DNA of 64,000 nucleotides, from positions 48,032 through 112,031 of the forward strand of contig DASZZF010000010.1 in the NCBI GenBank assembly GCA_035543375.1. Reading direction: 5' to 3'. The stretch is from Candidatus Limnocylindria bacterium (GTDB taxonomy: Bacteria; Chloroflexota; Limnocylindria; P2-11E). A program made the position numbers and the translations under genes. Positions 40,003-49,085 of the stretch are shown in pieces (position 1 is the first letter of the stretch; every line of letters starts with the position of its first letter). The notes below the pieces were generated by a model. That model was not told where the DNA came from. It worked only from the letters and a program-made list of their open reading frames with translations, and did no database searches.

Positions 40003-40320
40003 CTAGCGGAAATCCGGGTGCCCGCGGGCGCTCACCCGGCTCCTGAGCCGCTCCAGGGGACTCTGGGGCCGTTCCGACCGCAGCGCGCTCGTATCGCCGA
40101 GGGTCGCGCCGATCGCGTCGCGCAGCTCCTCGATCGTGCAGCCCAAGAGCTCGCCGGAGGTTTCGAACTCCGCCCGGAGCCGCAGGAAGCCGAACTGGTT
40201 GTGTCGCGAGAGATCCATCCCCGCGCAGACCTCGTCGAGCAGCAGGTAGAGCCGGACCCGAGTCTCGCGCGGGAGCGCGTCGAGCCAGGCCCGGACGCAC
40301 GGCTGGGCCGAGGGGTCCAT
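40003..40320 (-). CDS. hypothetical protein (105 aa) downstream of dinG
   Basis: The ORF starts 8 nt after the dinG stop and has normal amino-acid composition. No family was recognised. Confidence 0.4.
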   Translation of the reverse strand: MDPSAQPCVRAWLDALPRETRVRLYLLLDEVCAGMDLSRHNQFGFLRLRAEFETSGELLGCTIEELRDAIGATLGDTSALRSERPQSPLERLRSRVSARGHPDFR

Positions 40321-40327
40321 CCGCCGA

Positions 40328-42934
40328 TTATCCCCGCGCGCAGTGCTCGGCGACCATCATCCCGACGGTGTCGCTCGGGATCCGCTGGACCCGCGCGTCC
40401 GGCAGCGACGCGAGGAAGACCGGACCGTAGTCCTGGACGATGATCCGGCGGTCCAGCAGAACGACCGCGCCGCGGTCGGTCTTTGTCCGGATGAGCCGCC
40501 CGTAGCCCTGTCGCAGCCGTAACGCCGCGAGGGGCAGCTGGTACTCGCGGAACGGATCGTCGTAGCGCTCCGCGCGACCCTGGACCAGTGGGTCGTCGGG
40601 CACGGGGAACGGGAGCTTGGTGATAATGACGCAGCGGAGCTGATCGCCCGGCAGGTCGACGCCCTCCCAGAACGACTGCGTGCCGAGCAAGACGGCCCCC
40701 CCCGTCGCGAAGCGCTCGAGGATCGCGCGCCGCGAGCCGTCCAGCCCCTGGGTGAGCACCGCGATACCGGACTCCTCGAGGCCAGTGAGCCGCGAGCTGA
40801 CCTCGCGCATCGTGCTGTGCGCGGTGAACAGCACGAGCGTGCGGCCGCCAAGGGCGCGGGCCACATCGGCGATGACGGCGGCCGCCTCGAAGGGGAAGCG
40901 CTCGTCGTGCGGCAACGGCATGTCCGACGGCACGAAGAGCGCGGTCTGGGTCGCGTGGTCGAACGGCGAGCCGACGCGGAGCGTGCCGGCGATGTCCGCC
41001 ACACCAAGGCGCTCCATCGTGAAGGTCATCGTCCCGGCCACGCCGAGCGTCGCCGACGTCATGACGACCGAGCGATGCCGGTCGATGAGCGCGCGGCGCA
41101 GCATGCCGCCGACATGCGCGGGAGCGACGTACAGACCGATGCCGTCACCTCGGCGCTCGAGCCACGCGATCTCGCCCGCCATCGGCCGGTGGATCCCGTG
41201 CTCGATCGCGCCCTGCTCGCCGATGAGCTCCTTCAGCGCGCCTTCATGCTCGGCGAGGTCGTCCTCTTCGCCGCCGCGCGCGGCCAGTCGCTCCGCCGCC
41301 GCGCGCACGCCGGTCAGGGCATCGGCGAGCCGTTCCGCCTCGAGCTCCACTGGCAGCCAACGCTCGTCGCTCGCGCGTAACCCACCGGTGAGCCGGAGGC
41401 GATCGGTGCCGTCGCCCAGAAGCGCGCCGAGGGCACTGAACGTACCGTCCGTCGCCCCGCGCGCCCGGGCGATCTCGGCATGCAGCGACTCCGCGATCTC
41501 GACGCGCGATGGATCGTCCGCGCGGAGCGCGTCGGTGGCCAGCGGCGAGCGAGCGATGCGATCGAGATCGCGATGCGTCCGCCTAATCTCGAGCTTGTAG
41601 CCGAACGCGTCCGCCGCGACGTCCTCGAGGTGATGCGCCTCATCCACCACGACGTGCTCGGCATCGGGCAACAGCGCGCCGTTCGCGCGCGCATCGTGCA
41701 GCAGCAACGCGTGGTTCACCACGACCACGCCGCTTCCTGCTGCCGCCTCGCGCGCGCGCTCGAGATAGCAGCCACCCCGCGTCGCCGAGCACCGCCGGCC
41801 GGTGCAGGTCTCATCGTCGGCGCTGATCCGCGACCAGAGCGCGCCCTCTCCGCCGAGGAGATTCAGCTCAGCGCGATCACCGGCCGTCGTCGTCGTGCGC
41901 CAGATGAGCGTCTTTAGGGCAAGGCGCGCTTCTTCGCGCGTGCCGACCTGTGACCGGAACAGCTGCCAGCGCCGGGGGCAGAGATAGTTCGAGCGACCTT
42001 TGAGCACCGCCACGGGCACATCGGTGCCGAGCGCGGACTGCAGTGCCGGCAGATCTTTGCGGATCAGCTGGTCCTGCAACGGCAGCAGGTGCGTGCTCAC
42101 GATCGTGCGCTCGCCGAGGAGGGCCCGGCCGAGCGCCGGCAGCAGGTAGGCGATCGACTTACCCACGCCGGTCCCGGCCTCGGCGACGAGCACGCCGCCC
42201 TCGGCGAAGGTGCGCTCGATCTCGACCGCGAGCTCGCGCTGTTCGGGCCGGTCCTCGAATCCCTCGATCGCCAGCGCGAGCGGGCCGTCCGCGGCAAGGA
42301 GCGTGGCCGCCGACAGCGGGGTGGTCGCGCCACCGGGTCCGCCTTGGCGCGACCGCGTCGGCCCAGGGCGTGCGCGGGGCAACAGCGATAACTCGCCGTC
42401 CCAGGCATGCCGGACGGCGCCGGCCTGCGCGTCGGAGAAGAACCGCTCCGCGGCGGGGCCGAGGAAGACCGCGTACGCCCGGGCCTCCACAAGCAGGCCC
42501 GCCGGCAACGCACGGGCCCGCGACGCGAGCGACCCGAGCACGGCGGCGCAGGTGAGCGCGTCATCGAGCGCCCGATGGGCCGCCTCGGGCACGATGCCGT
42601 CGTCCGCCGCGAGCCCCTGCAGCGCGTACGAGGGAGCGCTCGGACGGAGCATCGAGGCCAGATCGGCCGTGTCGAGCCGGGCCGGGCCGGGCCGGAGGCC
42701 GTTGCGTTCGAGGAACGAGATGTCGAAGCCAACGTTGTGCCCGACGAGGCAGCCGTCACCGGCGAAGGCGGCGAAGGCCGCGACCGCATCGGCCGGCCCG
42801 GGCGCGCCAACAAGGTCCGCGTCGGCGATCCCAGTCAGGCGGGCGATCGCGGGGCCGATATCCCGGCCGGGATCGACGTAGGTGCTGAAGCGCTCGCCCA
42901 GCGCGACGCCGTCCGGCCCGAGGCGGACGCGCAC
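40328..42934 (-). CDS. dinG: DinG-family ATP-dependent helicase fused to an N-terminal DnaQ-like 3'-5' exonuclease domain
   Basis: Exonuclease motifs are present (HNVGFDISFLE; H..LDDAL). Helicase motifs are present: Walker A AGTGVGKS, DEAH box VVVDEAHHLED, a Cys-rich stretch (CTGRRC...GGC) and C-terminal helicase motifs. The coordinates use the first canonical start (GTG at 42934). Coding sense continues in frame up to 43024 (see findings). Confidence 0.85.
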   Translation of the reverse strand: MRVRLGPDGVALGERFSTYVDPGRDIGPAIARLTGIADADLVGAPGPADAVAAFAAFAGDGCLVGHNVGFDISFLERNGLRPGPARLDTADLASMLRPSAPSYALQGLAADDGIVPEAAHRALDDALTCAAVLGSLASRARALPAGLLVEARAYAVFLGPAAERFFSDAQAGAVRHAWDGELSLLPRARPGPTRSRQGGPGGATTPLSAATLLAADGPLALAIEGFEDRPEQRELAVEIERTFAEGGVLVAEAGTGVGKSIAYLLPALGRALLGERTIVSTHLLPLQDQLIRKDLPALQSALGTDVPVAVLKGRSNYLCPRRWQLFRSQVGTREEARLALKTLIWRTTTTAGDRAELNLLGGEGALWSRISADDETCTGRRCSATRGGCYLERAREAAAGSGVVVVNHALLLHDARANGALLPDAEHVVVDEAHHLEDVAADAFGYKLEIRRTHRDLDRIARSPLATDALRADDPSRVEIAESLHAEIARARGATDGTFSALGALLGDGTDRLRLTGGLRASDERWLPVELEAERLADALTGVRAAAERLAARGGEEDDLAEHEGALKELIGEQGAIEHGIHRPMAGEIAWLERRGDGIGLYVAPAHVGGMLRRALIDRHRSVVMTSATLGVAGTMTFTMERLGVADIAGTLRVGSPFDHATQTALFVPSDMPLPHDERFPFEAAAVIADVARALGGRTLVLFTAHSTMREVSSRLTGLEESGIAVLTQGLDGSRRAILERFATGGAVLLGTQSFWEGVDLPGDQLRCVIITKLPFPVPDDPLVQGRAERYDDPFREYQLPLAALRLRQGYGRLIRTKTDRGAVVLLDRRIIVQDYGPVFLASLPDARVQRIPSDTVGMMVAEHCARG

Positions 42935-43069
42935 GGCACCGATCTCAATGATTCGATCCGTGTCCGGATCGAATCCCGTCGTCTCCAGGTCGACCGCGAT
43001 GAAGTCTTGCAGCCCGACGCCGATCTAGACCGCCGCCCGGCGGCTACGCGCTACGGATGCTCGCCCGAC

Positions 43070-44341
43070 TCAGGGATAGATGCCGCGCGTGAGCGTCGCA
43101 TCGGCCACGCGGGCGACCGCCACCATGTACGCGGCAGTCCGCATGTTCACCTTGTGCTTCAGCGACATCTGCAGCACGTCGTTGAACGATTTCACCATGA
43201 CTTCCTTGAGGCGTGCGTTGATCGTCGCCTCGCGCCAGAAGAGGTTCTGCAGGTCCTGGACCCACTCGAAGTACGAGACCGTGACGCCACCGGCGTTGCA
43301 GAGGATGTCCGGGATGAGGAAGACGCCGTTCTCGTACAGGATGCGGTCGGCCTCGGGACTGGTGGGCCCGTTCGCCGCCTCGGCGACGAGCTTCGCCTTG
43401 ATCCTCGGTGCGTTTTGCTCGCCGATCTGGTTCTCGATCGCGGCTGGGATAAGGATGTCGCAATCGAGCTCGAGCAGCTCGGCGTTGCTCACCTTGTCGG
43501 CGCCGGGAAAGCCCACGACGCTGCCGGTCTCGCGCTTGTACGCATCGACCTTGTTCGGATCGATCCCCTTGGGGTTGTGGATGCCGCCCTGCGTATCGGA
43601 TAGTCCGACGACCGTAGCGCCCAGCTCGTGCATCAGCTTGGCGGAGAACGAGCCGGCGTTGCCGAAGCCCTGGACGACGACGCGCGCCCCTTCGAGGTCG
43701 ACGCCGAGATGCTTCGCCGCCTCGATGATCGTGTAGACGGCACCGCGGGCGGTCGCCTCGTTGCGGCCCTCGCTGCCACCGATCGAGAGCGGCTTGCCGG
43801 TGACGACCGCGGGCACGGTGTGCCCCTGATGCATGGAGTAGGTGTCCATGATCCAGGCCATCGTCTGGGCGTTCGTGTTCAGGTCCGGCGCCGGGATGTC
43901 CCGGTCCGGCCCGATGAGCAGCGCGATCTCGGTCGTGTACCGCCGCGTCAGCGTCTCGAGCTGCTGCTGGGTCATCGTCTTCGGCTCGCAGACGACGCCG
44001 CCCTTGGCGCCTCCGTACGGGATGCCGACGACGGCGCATTTCCACGTCATCCACATCGCCAGGGCCTTGACCTCGCCCAGCGAGACGCCCGGGTGGTACC
44101 GGATCCCGCCCTTTCCGGGCCCCCGCGAGGTGTTGTGCTGGATGCGGTAGCCGGTGAAGACCTTCACCACGCCGTCTTGCATCCGCACCGGGAAATGGAC
44201 CGTCAGCTCGCGCTGGCACTCGCGGAGGATGCCACGCATGTTCGGGTCAAGATGGAGCTTGTCGGCCGCGGTGTCGAACTGCTCGATGGCGACCTCCCAC
44301 GGGTCGCGCTGGGTGTGATCGATGACGGCTGCGGAGGTCAT
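43070..44341 (-). CDS. gdhA: glutamate dehydrogenase
   Basis: GPGKGGIRYHP, the catalytic-Lys region (PYGGAKGG) and the dinucleotide fold VQGFGNAG. Confidence 0.92.
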   Translation of the reverse strand: MTSAAVIDHTQRDPWEVAIEQFDTAADKLHLDPNMRGILRECQRELTVHFPVRMQDGVVKVFTGYRIQHNTSRGPGKGGIRYHPGVSLGEVKALAMWMTWKCAVVGIPYGGAKGGVVCEPKTMTQQQLETLTRRYTTEIALLIGPDRDIPAPDLNTNAQTMAWIMDTYSMHQGHTVPAVVTGKPLSIGGSEGRNEATARGAVYTIIEAAKHLGVDLEGARVVVQGFGNAGSFSAKLMHELGATVVGLSDTQGGIHNPKGIDPNKVDAYKRETGSVVGFPGADKVSNAELLELDCDILIPAAIENQIGEQNAPRIKAKLVAEAANGPTSPEADRILYENGVFLIPDILCNAGGVTVSYFEWVQDLQNLFWREATINARLKEVMVKSFNDVLQMSLKHKVNMRTAAYMVAVARVADATLTRGIYP

Positions 44342-44360
44342 GAGGTTCGGTCTCCTGTTC

Positions 44361-44990
44361 CTACTTCGGTCTCGGCGGGTTGAGCTTGTCCACCACCAGC
44401 CACGAGCCCACCGTCTGCCCTGGCGAGTATGTGCTGTTCCAGTCCTTGAGGACCACGCGCTTGAACCCCAGGCCGGCCAGCGTATCGCGCCATGAACGAA
44501 GGCCGCGGGTCACGTACGCGGTCAGGCGGACGTTCACGCTCGGCGCGATCAGGCTCTCGAGGTGCCGTTTGCGCTCGAGCAGCGGCACGTCGAGCAGCGA
44601 CTCGCCATCGACCTCGAGGAGATCGAACGCGCTGAAGATTTTCCGGGGGGGCAGGGCGCGGACGAACGTGTTGCCGACCGAATCGACCTCGAGGTCGTGC
44701 TCGTCCTCCCAGTTGTCGACGAGGACGCCGTCGATGATGGCCGAGGTGCAGGCAGCTTCCGCCCGGATCGCGTCGTGGAGCTCGCGCGGCCCGTCGACCG
44801 GCCCCGCGTAGCCCTGGAACGCGGGCCCGGCGTGACCGATACGCACGAGGACGCGCTGCCCGGACCACGCGGGTTCGAGGATGTGGTGGGGCAGTTCGGC
44901 GTGCTCGCGGACCGGCCTGGGCCGCTGCGGCAGGAGGTCGGCGCCCATCACCGTCACCGTGTCACCAACACCGTATGTCACCTGCCCCAT
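44361..44990 (-). CDS. ATP-dependent DNA-ligase-like nucleotidyltransferase-domain protein with degenerate catalytic motifs (probable pseudo-enzyme)
   Basis: The motif order matches the LigC/LigD ligase domain. Motif I is EPAWSGQR instead of EPKWDGxR. Motif III is IIDGVLV instead of DGE. The FDLLEVDGESLLDVPLLERKRHLESL block is retained. Motif IV is KRVVLK instead of EGvv.K. Motif V region is PGQTVGSWLVVDK. There is no OB domain. Confidence 0.65.
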   Translation of the reverse strand: MGQVTYGVGDTVTVMGADLLPQRPRPVREHAELPHHILEPAWSGQRVLVRIGHAGPAFQGYAGPVDGPRELHDAIRAEAACTSAIIDGVLVDNWEDEHDLEVDSVGNTFVRALPPRKIFSAFDLLEVDGESLLDVPLLERKRHLESLIAPSVNVRLTAYVTRGLRSWRDTLAGLGFKRVVLKDWNSTYSPGQTVGSWLVVDKLNPPRPK

Positions 44991-45007
44991 TGCCCCTTGA
45001 CAGATAG

Positions 45008-45021
45008 CGAACGCACGTTCT
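45008..45021. promoter_or_regulatory. Cheo-type LexA (SOS) box CGAACGCACGTTCT inside a TTGACA-N18-TATCTT promoter-like element
   Basis: The GAAC-N4-GTTC palindrome matches the Gram-positive/Chloroflexi consensus CGAACRNRYGTTYC at every position. TTGACA is at 44997-45002 and TATCTT at 45021-45026 on the + strand. The box lies 18 nt upstream of the ATG (44990) of the ligase-like gene on the - strand. Confidence 0.6.
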
Positions 45022-45313
45022 ATCTTCGCCGAACACCTGCTCTAGCCGTTCCAGGGGGAGCCGGGAGCAGGAAACTCCGCCGTCACGAGGTGCACATCAT
45101 GGCTATCGCCATCGCCATCCCCTGCCCGTCAGCGGGTCGCGGCGTTCGCGCTGCGTTCCAACGGCCGCCCCGGCTGGGCTATCCCCGCGTCTATTCGCCG
45201 CTCGGCCCGCGACGGCTCGCCCGCCCGATGGCGGTGCCGCTGGCGGATGCGGACTCTGGGTCGGTCGCGCCACCTGGCCGGCAGCGATTGCCTTTCATCC
45301 GCACCCGCCGCGG

Positions 45314-46192
45314 CTAGGCCTTCGCGCTCTCGCTCGCGCCGCGGGCCATCGCGATCAGCGGCGCGGCGAGAGCGGTGAATTCCGTCGGGATCACGATCTT
45401 GGTCGCGGGTGAGGCCCCGAGGGCCTTGAGCGCCTCAAGGTACTGCAGCGTCATCGTGCGACCATCGGCAGTCATCGCGACCTCGTTGATCTTGCCAAGC
45501 GCCAGGGCGAATCCTTCGGCGCGAAGGATCGCCGATTGACGCGCGCCTTCGGCCTGCAGGATGTTCGACTGCTTGTCGCCCTCGGCCACCAGGATCGCCG
45601 AGGCCCGCTTCCCCTCCGCCTCGGTCACTGAGGCCCGGCGGACCCGCTCGGCGGTCATCTGCCGGTTCATCGCGTCCTGAATGTCCTTCGGCGGGATGAT
45701 CTCGCGGATCTCGACGCGGTTGACCTTGACGCCCCAGCGATGCGTCTCCTCATCGAGCTTCACCCGGAGGACCTCGTTCATCTGCTCGCGTTTCGCGAAG
45801 CAGTCGTCCAGCGGCAGGTCGCCGATCACGGCGCGGAGCGTCGTTGACGCGATCTGCTGCACCTGCTGGCGGAAGTTCTGGACCTTGATGACCGAGTCGG
45901 CGGCTTCGACCACTTGCTGGAAGATGAGGAAATCGATGGAGATCGTCGCATTGTCCTTGGTGATGCAAGTCTGCTGCGGGATCTCCACGCTGAACTCGCG
46001 AAGGTCGACGGTCATCGAGCTCTGCACCGGCGGCGGCAGCAACAGGATGAGCCCCGGGCCGGAGGTCTTTTGGTAGCGCCCCAGGGCGAAGACGACGAGC
46101 CGCTGGTACTCGGGGACGATGTGGACGACCGTCCGCAGCACGAGCAGAGCGAGGAGGAGGAGGAACCCGACGACGATGAGCTGTGTGGACAT
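45314..46192 (-). CDS. SPFH/band-7 (stomatin-like) protein
   Basis: An N-terminal TM helix is followed by the SPFH core (VPEYQRLVVFALGRY...) and an Ala/Glu-rich coiled coil. It is paired with the upstream NfeD gene. Confidence 0.9.
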   Translation of the reverse strand: MSTQLIVVGFLLLLALLVLRTVVHIVPEYQRLVVFALGRYQKTSGPGLILLLPPPVQSSMTVDLREFSVEIPQQTCITKDNATISIDFLIFQQVVEAADSVIKVQNFRQQVQQIASTTLRAVIGDLPLDDCFAKREQMNEVLRVKLDEETHRWGVKVNRVEIREIIPPKDIQDAMNRQMTAERVRRASVTEAEGKRASAILVAEGDKQSNILQAEGARQSAILRAEGFALALGKINEVAMTADGRTMTLQYLEALKALGASPATKIVIPTEFTALAAPLIAMARGASESAKA

Positions 46193-47559
46193 CAGACTTC
46201 CCTTCTTCCGGAGGACGACTCCGGACCGACGATAAGCCGCACGCCATCAACCTGCTGCACGCGGACCGCGGCGCCCCGAGGGATCGGTCCGCTGTCGCTC
46301 ACCGCGGACCAATCATCGTCGCCAGCGCGGACGATGCCCGCGGGCTCGAGATCGGTCTTCGCGATCCCCAGCGTACCGACGAGCAGCCCCGCGCCGCTCG
46401 CGACCGGCAGCCGCTGGAAGCCGACGGCCATGCGCACGACGTATGCGAAGAACAGGACGGTCACCCCGACGACGAGCAGGATCGTGAGCGGATCGGTCGT
46501 GGAGCGGACGCCGGGGAACGTCGGCCGGGCCGCCGGGAAAACGATGATCGCCCCGATGACGAGCGACGCGATGGCCCCGGCGGTGAGCAGGCCGTGGCTC
46601 ACGATCTTGATCTCCGCGACGAACAACACCACCGCGAACAGCATCAACGCGATGCCGGCAGCGTTCGCGTCGAGCGTGCCGAACGAGAACAGCGCAAGGA
46701 CGATCGCGATGACGCCCACGATGCCTGGGAAGATCAGGCCCGGATTCGAGAGCTCGAAGATGAGTCCGTACGTGCCGAGGGTGAACAGCAGGAGCGCGAT
46801 CTGCGGGTCGACCACGAAGTGGAGCAGCGTCTCGAACGGGTTGGCCCCGTCGTCATCGATCGCGGCGCCCTTCGTCGCGAGCTGGACGCCCTGCCCATTG
46901 ACCTGCACGGTCCGACCGTCGATCTGGACCAACAGATCGGTGAGGTCGCGTGCGATGAGATCGATGACCTTGAGCTGCAGCGCTTCGTCGTCACGGATGC
47001 TCACGCTCTTGCGAACGGCGTCCTCGGCCCATTGCACGTTGCGGCCGCGGGCCCGCGCGATCTTCGTGATCTGCGCAGCCGCGTCGTTCTCCGCTTTAAG
47101 CCGCAGGTCGCCCTGGATATCCCCACCCGACCCGTCGACGGGATGGGCGGCCCCGATGTTGGTGGCAGGCGCCATCGCGGCGACCGCACCGGCCATGGTG
47201 ATGAAGGTTCCGGCCGACGCCGCGCGAGCGCCGGAGGGAGCGACATAGGTGACGACGGGGAGCGGCGCGTTCAGGAATGCGGTGGTGATGCGGTACGTCG
47301 AGTCGATCAGCCCACCGGGCGTGTCGATGACGAAGACCACGGCCTGCGCTCCGCTCCCCTGCGCGTCCGCGATCACCCGTTCGACGTAACGTGCGGTGAT
47401 CGGGTTGATCACCCCGCTGATGTGGCCCACGAGCACCGGCGCGCCCGACGCCGCGCTCGAGCGGTCCGCCTGACCGACCAGCGCCGCACCCGCGCTCACC
47501 ACCATGAGCGCGGCCGCGATGACGAGCTGCACCCTGACGCCCACACGTCCGCCGTCCAT
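46192..47559 (-). CDS. NfeD-family membrane-bound ClpP-class serine protease
   Basis: A signal peptide and ClpP-like domain (IDTPGGL...SAG) are followed by 4-5 TM helices and a C-terminal OB-fold NfeD domain (VRAGDDDWSAVSD). The start was trimmed to the ATG at 47559. Confidence 0.85.
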   Translation of the reverse strand: MDGGRVGVRVQLVIAAALMVVSAGAALVGQADRSSAASGAPVLVGHISGVINPITARYVERVIADAQGSGAQAVVFVIDTPGGLIDSTYRITTAFLNAPLPVVTYVAPSGARAASAGTFITMAGAVAAMAPATNIGAAHPVDGSGGDIQGDLRLKAENDAAAQITKIARARGRNVQWAEDAVRKSVSIRDDEALQLKVIDLIARDLTDLLVQIDGRTVQVNGQGVQLATKGAAIDDDGANPFETLLHFVVDPQIALLLFTLGTYGLIFELSNPGLIFPGIVGVIAIVLALFSFGTLDANAAGIALMLFAVVLFVAEIKIVSHGLLTAGAIASLVIGAIIVFPAARPTFPGVRSTTDPLTILLVVGVTVLFFAYVVRMAVGFQRLPVASGAGLLVGTLGIAKTDLEPAGIVRAGDDDWSAVSDSGPIPRGAAVRVQQVDGVRLIVGPESSSGRREV

Positions 47560-47635
47560 CGTTCCCTGCACTCCCGCCGGGCCGCCGTAGGGCCCATGCA
47601 CGGTCCGGTGTACTCCGAAGCGGCACCATGGCGCG

Positions 47636-49072
47636 ATGAGCTGGCTCGAGGCCCCTGACTACTGGCTCACCAGGCTCGTGCTGCAGCGCGCGATCGGGCT
47701 TATCTATCTGGTGGCGTTCATCGTCGCGGCCCGCCAGTTCCTGCCGCTGCTCGGCTCACGCGGACTGTTGCCGGTGCCCGACTTCGTCGCGGCCGTACCG
47801 TTCCGGCGCTCGCCCAGCCTCTTCCACCTCCGCTACTCCGACCGGCTCGCGCTCGCGGTCGCCTGGGCCGGCGCCGGCCTAGCGGCGATCGCCGTCGCCG
47901 GGCTTCCGGACGGGTGGCCGCTCCCGCTGACGATGCTGCTGTGGACGGGCCTCTGGGCGCTCTACCTCTCGATCGTCAACGTCGGCCAGACGTTCTACGG
48001 CTTCGGTTGGGAGACCCTCCTGCTCGAGGCCGGATTCCTCGCCATCTTCCTCGGACCGGCGTGGACCGCTCCGCCGCTGCCCCTGATCTGGCTCCTGCGG
48101 TGGCTCCTCTTCCGGGTCGAGTTCGGCGCGGGGCTCATCAAGCTGCGGGGCGATCGGTGCTGGCGCAATCTCACCTGCCTCTACTACCACCACGAGACGC
48201 AGCCAATGCCGAACCCGCTGAGCTGGTACTTCCACCACCTGCCGCGGGCCGTCCACCGCGCGGAGGTCCTTGGCAATCACGTCGCCCAGCTCGTGGTGCC
48301 CTTCTTCCTCTTCGCGCCGCAGCCAGTCGCGACGCTCGCCGGCCTGGTCATCGTCGTCACCCAGTCCTGGCTGCTCCTGAGCGGGAATTTCTCGTGGTTG
48401 AACCTCATCACGATCGCCCTCGCGATCAGCGCGTTCGATGATGCGGCGCTCACAAGACTACTGACCGTCCAAGCGCCGGCCTTCGAGGCCTCGGCAGCGC
48501 ACGCCGTCCTCGTCGCCGGCGTCACGATCCTGGTGCTGTTGCTGAGCTACCGACCCGCCCGGAACCTGGTGTCCAGGCGTCAGCTGATGAACTCAAGCTT
48601 CGACCCGCTGCACCTGGTCAACGCGTACGGCGCGTTCGGCAGCGTCACGAAGAAGCGCTACGAGGTCGTCATCGAGGGCACCGGCGACGCAGCGCTCGGC
48701 CCGCAGACGGCCTGGCGCGAGTACACGTTCATCGGCAAGCCCGGCGATGTCACCCGGCGACCACCGCAGATCGCCCCGTACCACCTGCGCCTCGACTGGC
48801 TCATGTGGTTCGCCGCGTTCTCATCGCCGCTCGATCAGGAGTGGTTCGGGCCCCTGCTCGCGAAGCTGCTTGAGGAGGACCGCGCGACGCTCCGGCTGCT
48901 TGCGGCGAACCCGTTCCCGGCCGGCCCGCCGCGCTTCGTCCGCGCGCGGCTCTATCTGTACCGGTTCACGACCCCCGCCGAGCGGCGCGAGACCGGCGCC
49001 TGGTGGCACCGCACGTTCGTGCGCGAGTACGTCCCGCCGATCGCCCTGCGAACCGACGACCGGCGGCGCTAG
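47636..49072 (+). CDS. lipase-maturation-factor (LMF1-like) family membrane protein
   Basis: The N-terminal polytopic region and the conserved FYGFGWE.LLLE, YHHETQP.PN and P.Q.APYH.RLDW motifs match the bacterial LMF family. Confidence 0.7.
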   Translation: MSWLEAPDYWLTRLVLQRAIGLIYLVAFIVAARQFLPLLGSRGLLPVPDFVAAVPFRRSPSLFHLRYSDRLALAVAWAGAGLAAIAVAGLPDGWPLPLTMLLWTGLWALYLSIVNVGQTFYGFGWETLLLEAGFLAIFLGPAWTAPPLPLIWLLRWLLFRVEFGAGLIKLRGDRCWRNLTCLYYHHETQPMPNPLSWYFHHLPRAVHRAEVLGNHVAQLVVPFFLFAPQPVATLAGLVIVVTQSWLLLSGNFSWLNLITIALAISAFDDAALTRLLTVQAPAFEASAAHAVLVAGVTILVLLLSYRPARNLVSRRQLMNSSFDPLHLVNAYGAFGSVTKKRYEVVIEGTGDAALGPQTAWREYTFIGKPGDVTRRPPQIAPYHLRLDWLMWFAAFSSPLDQEWFGPLLAKLLEEDRATLRLLAANPFPAGPPRFVRARLYLYRFTTPAERRETGAWWHRTFVREYVPPIALRTDDRRR

Positions 49073-49085
49073 GGCCGTTCCGGGC

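Noticed and set aside
45099-45317. Interpreting the 72-codon ORF behind the SOS promoter as a TisB/DinQ-like membrane toxin.
   Set aside because: The peptide is highly basic and Pro/Arg-rich with no hydrophobic helix. Coding status itself is uncertain, so it is only mentioned under the LexA-box finding.
48821-49085. Extending the repeat-protein reading frame to the ORF-track end at 48821.
   Set aside because: This tail is antisense to the well-supported 3' end of the LMF-family gene and becomes Arg/Pro/Gly-rich. It is more likely stop-less read-through than real coding sequence.
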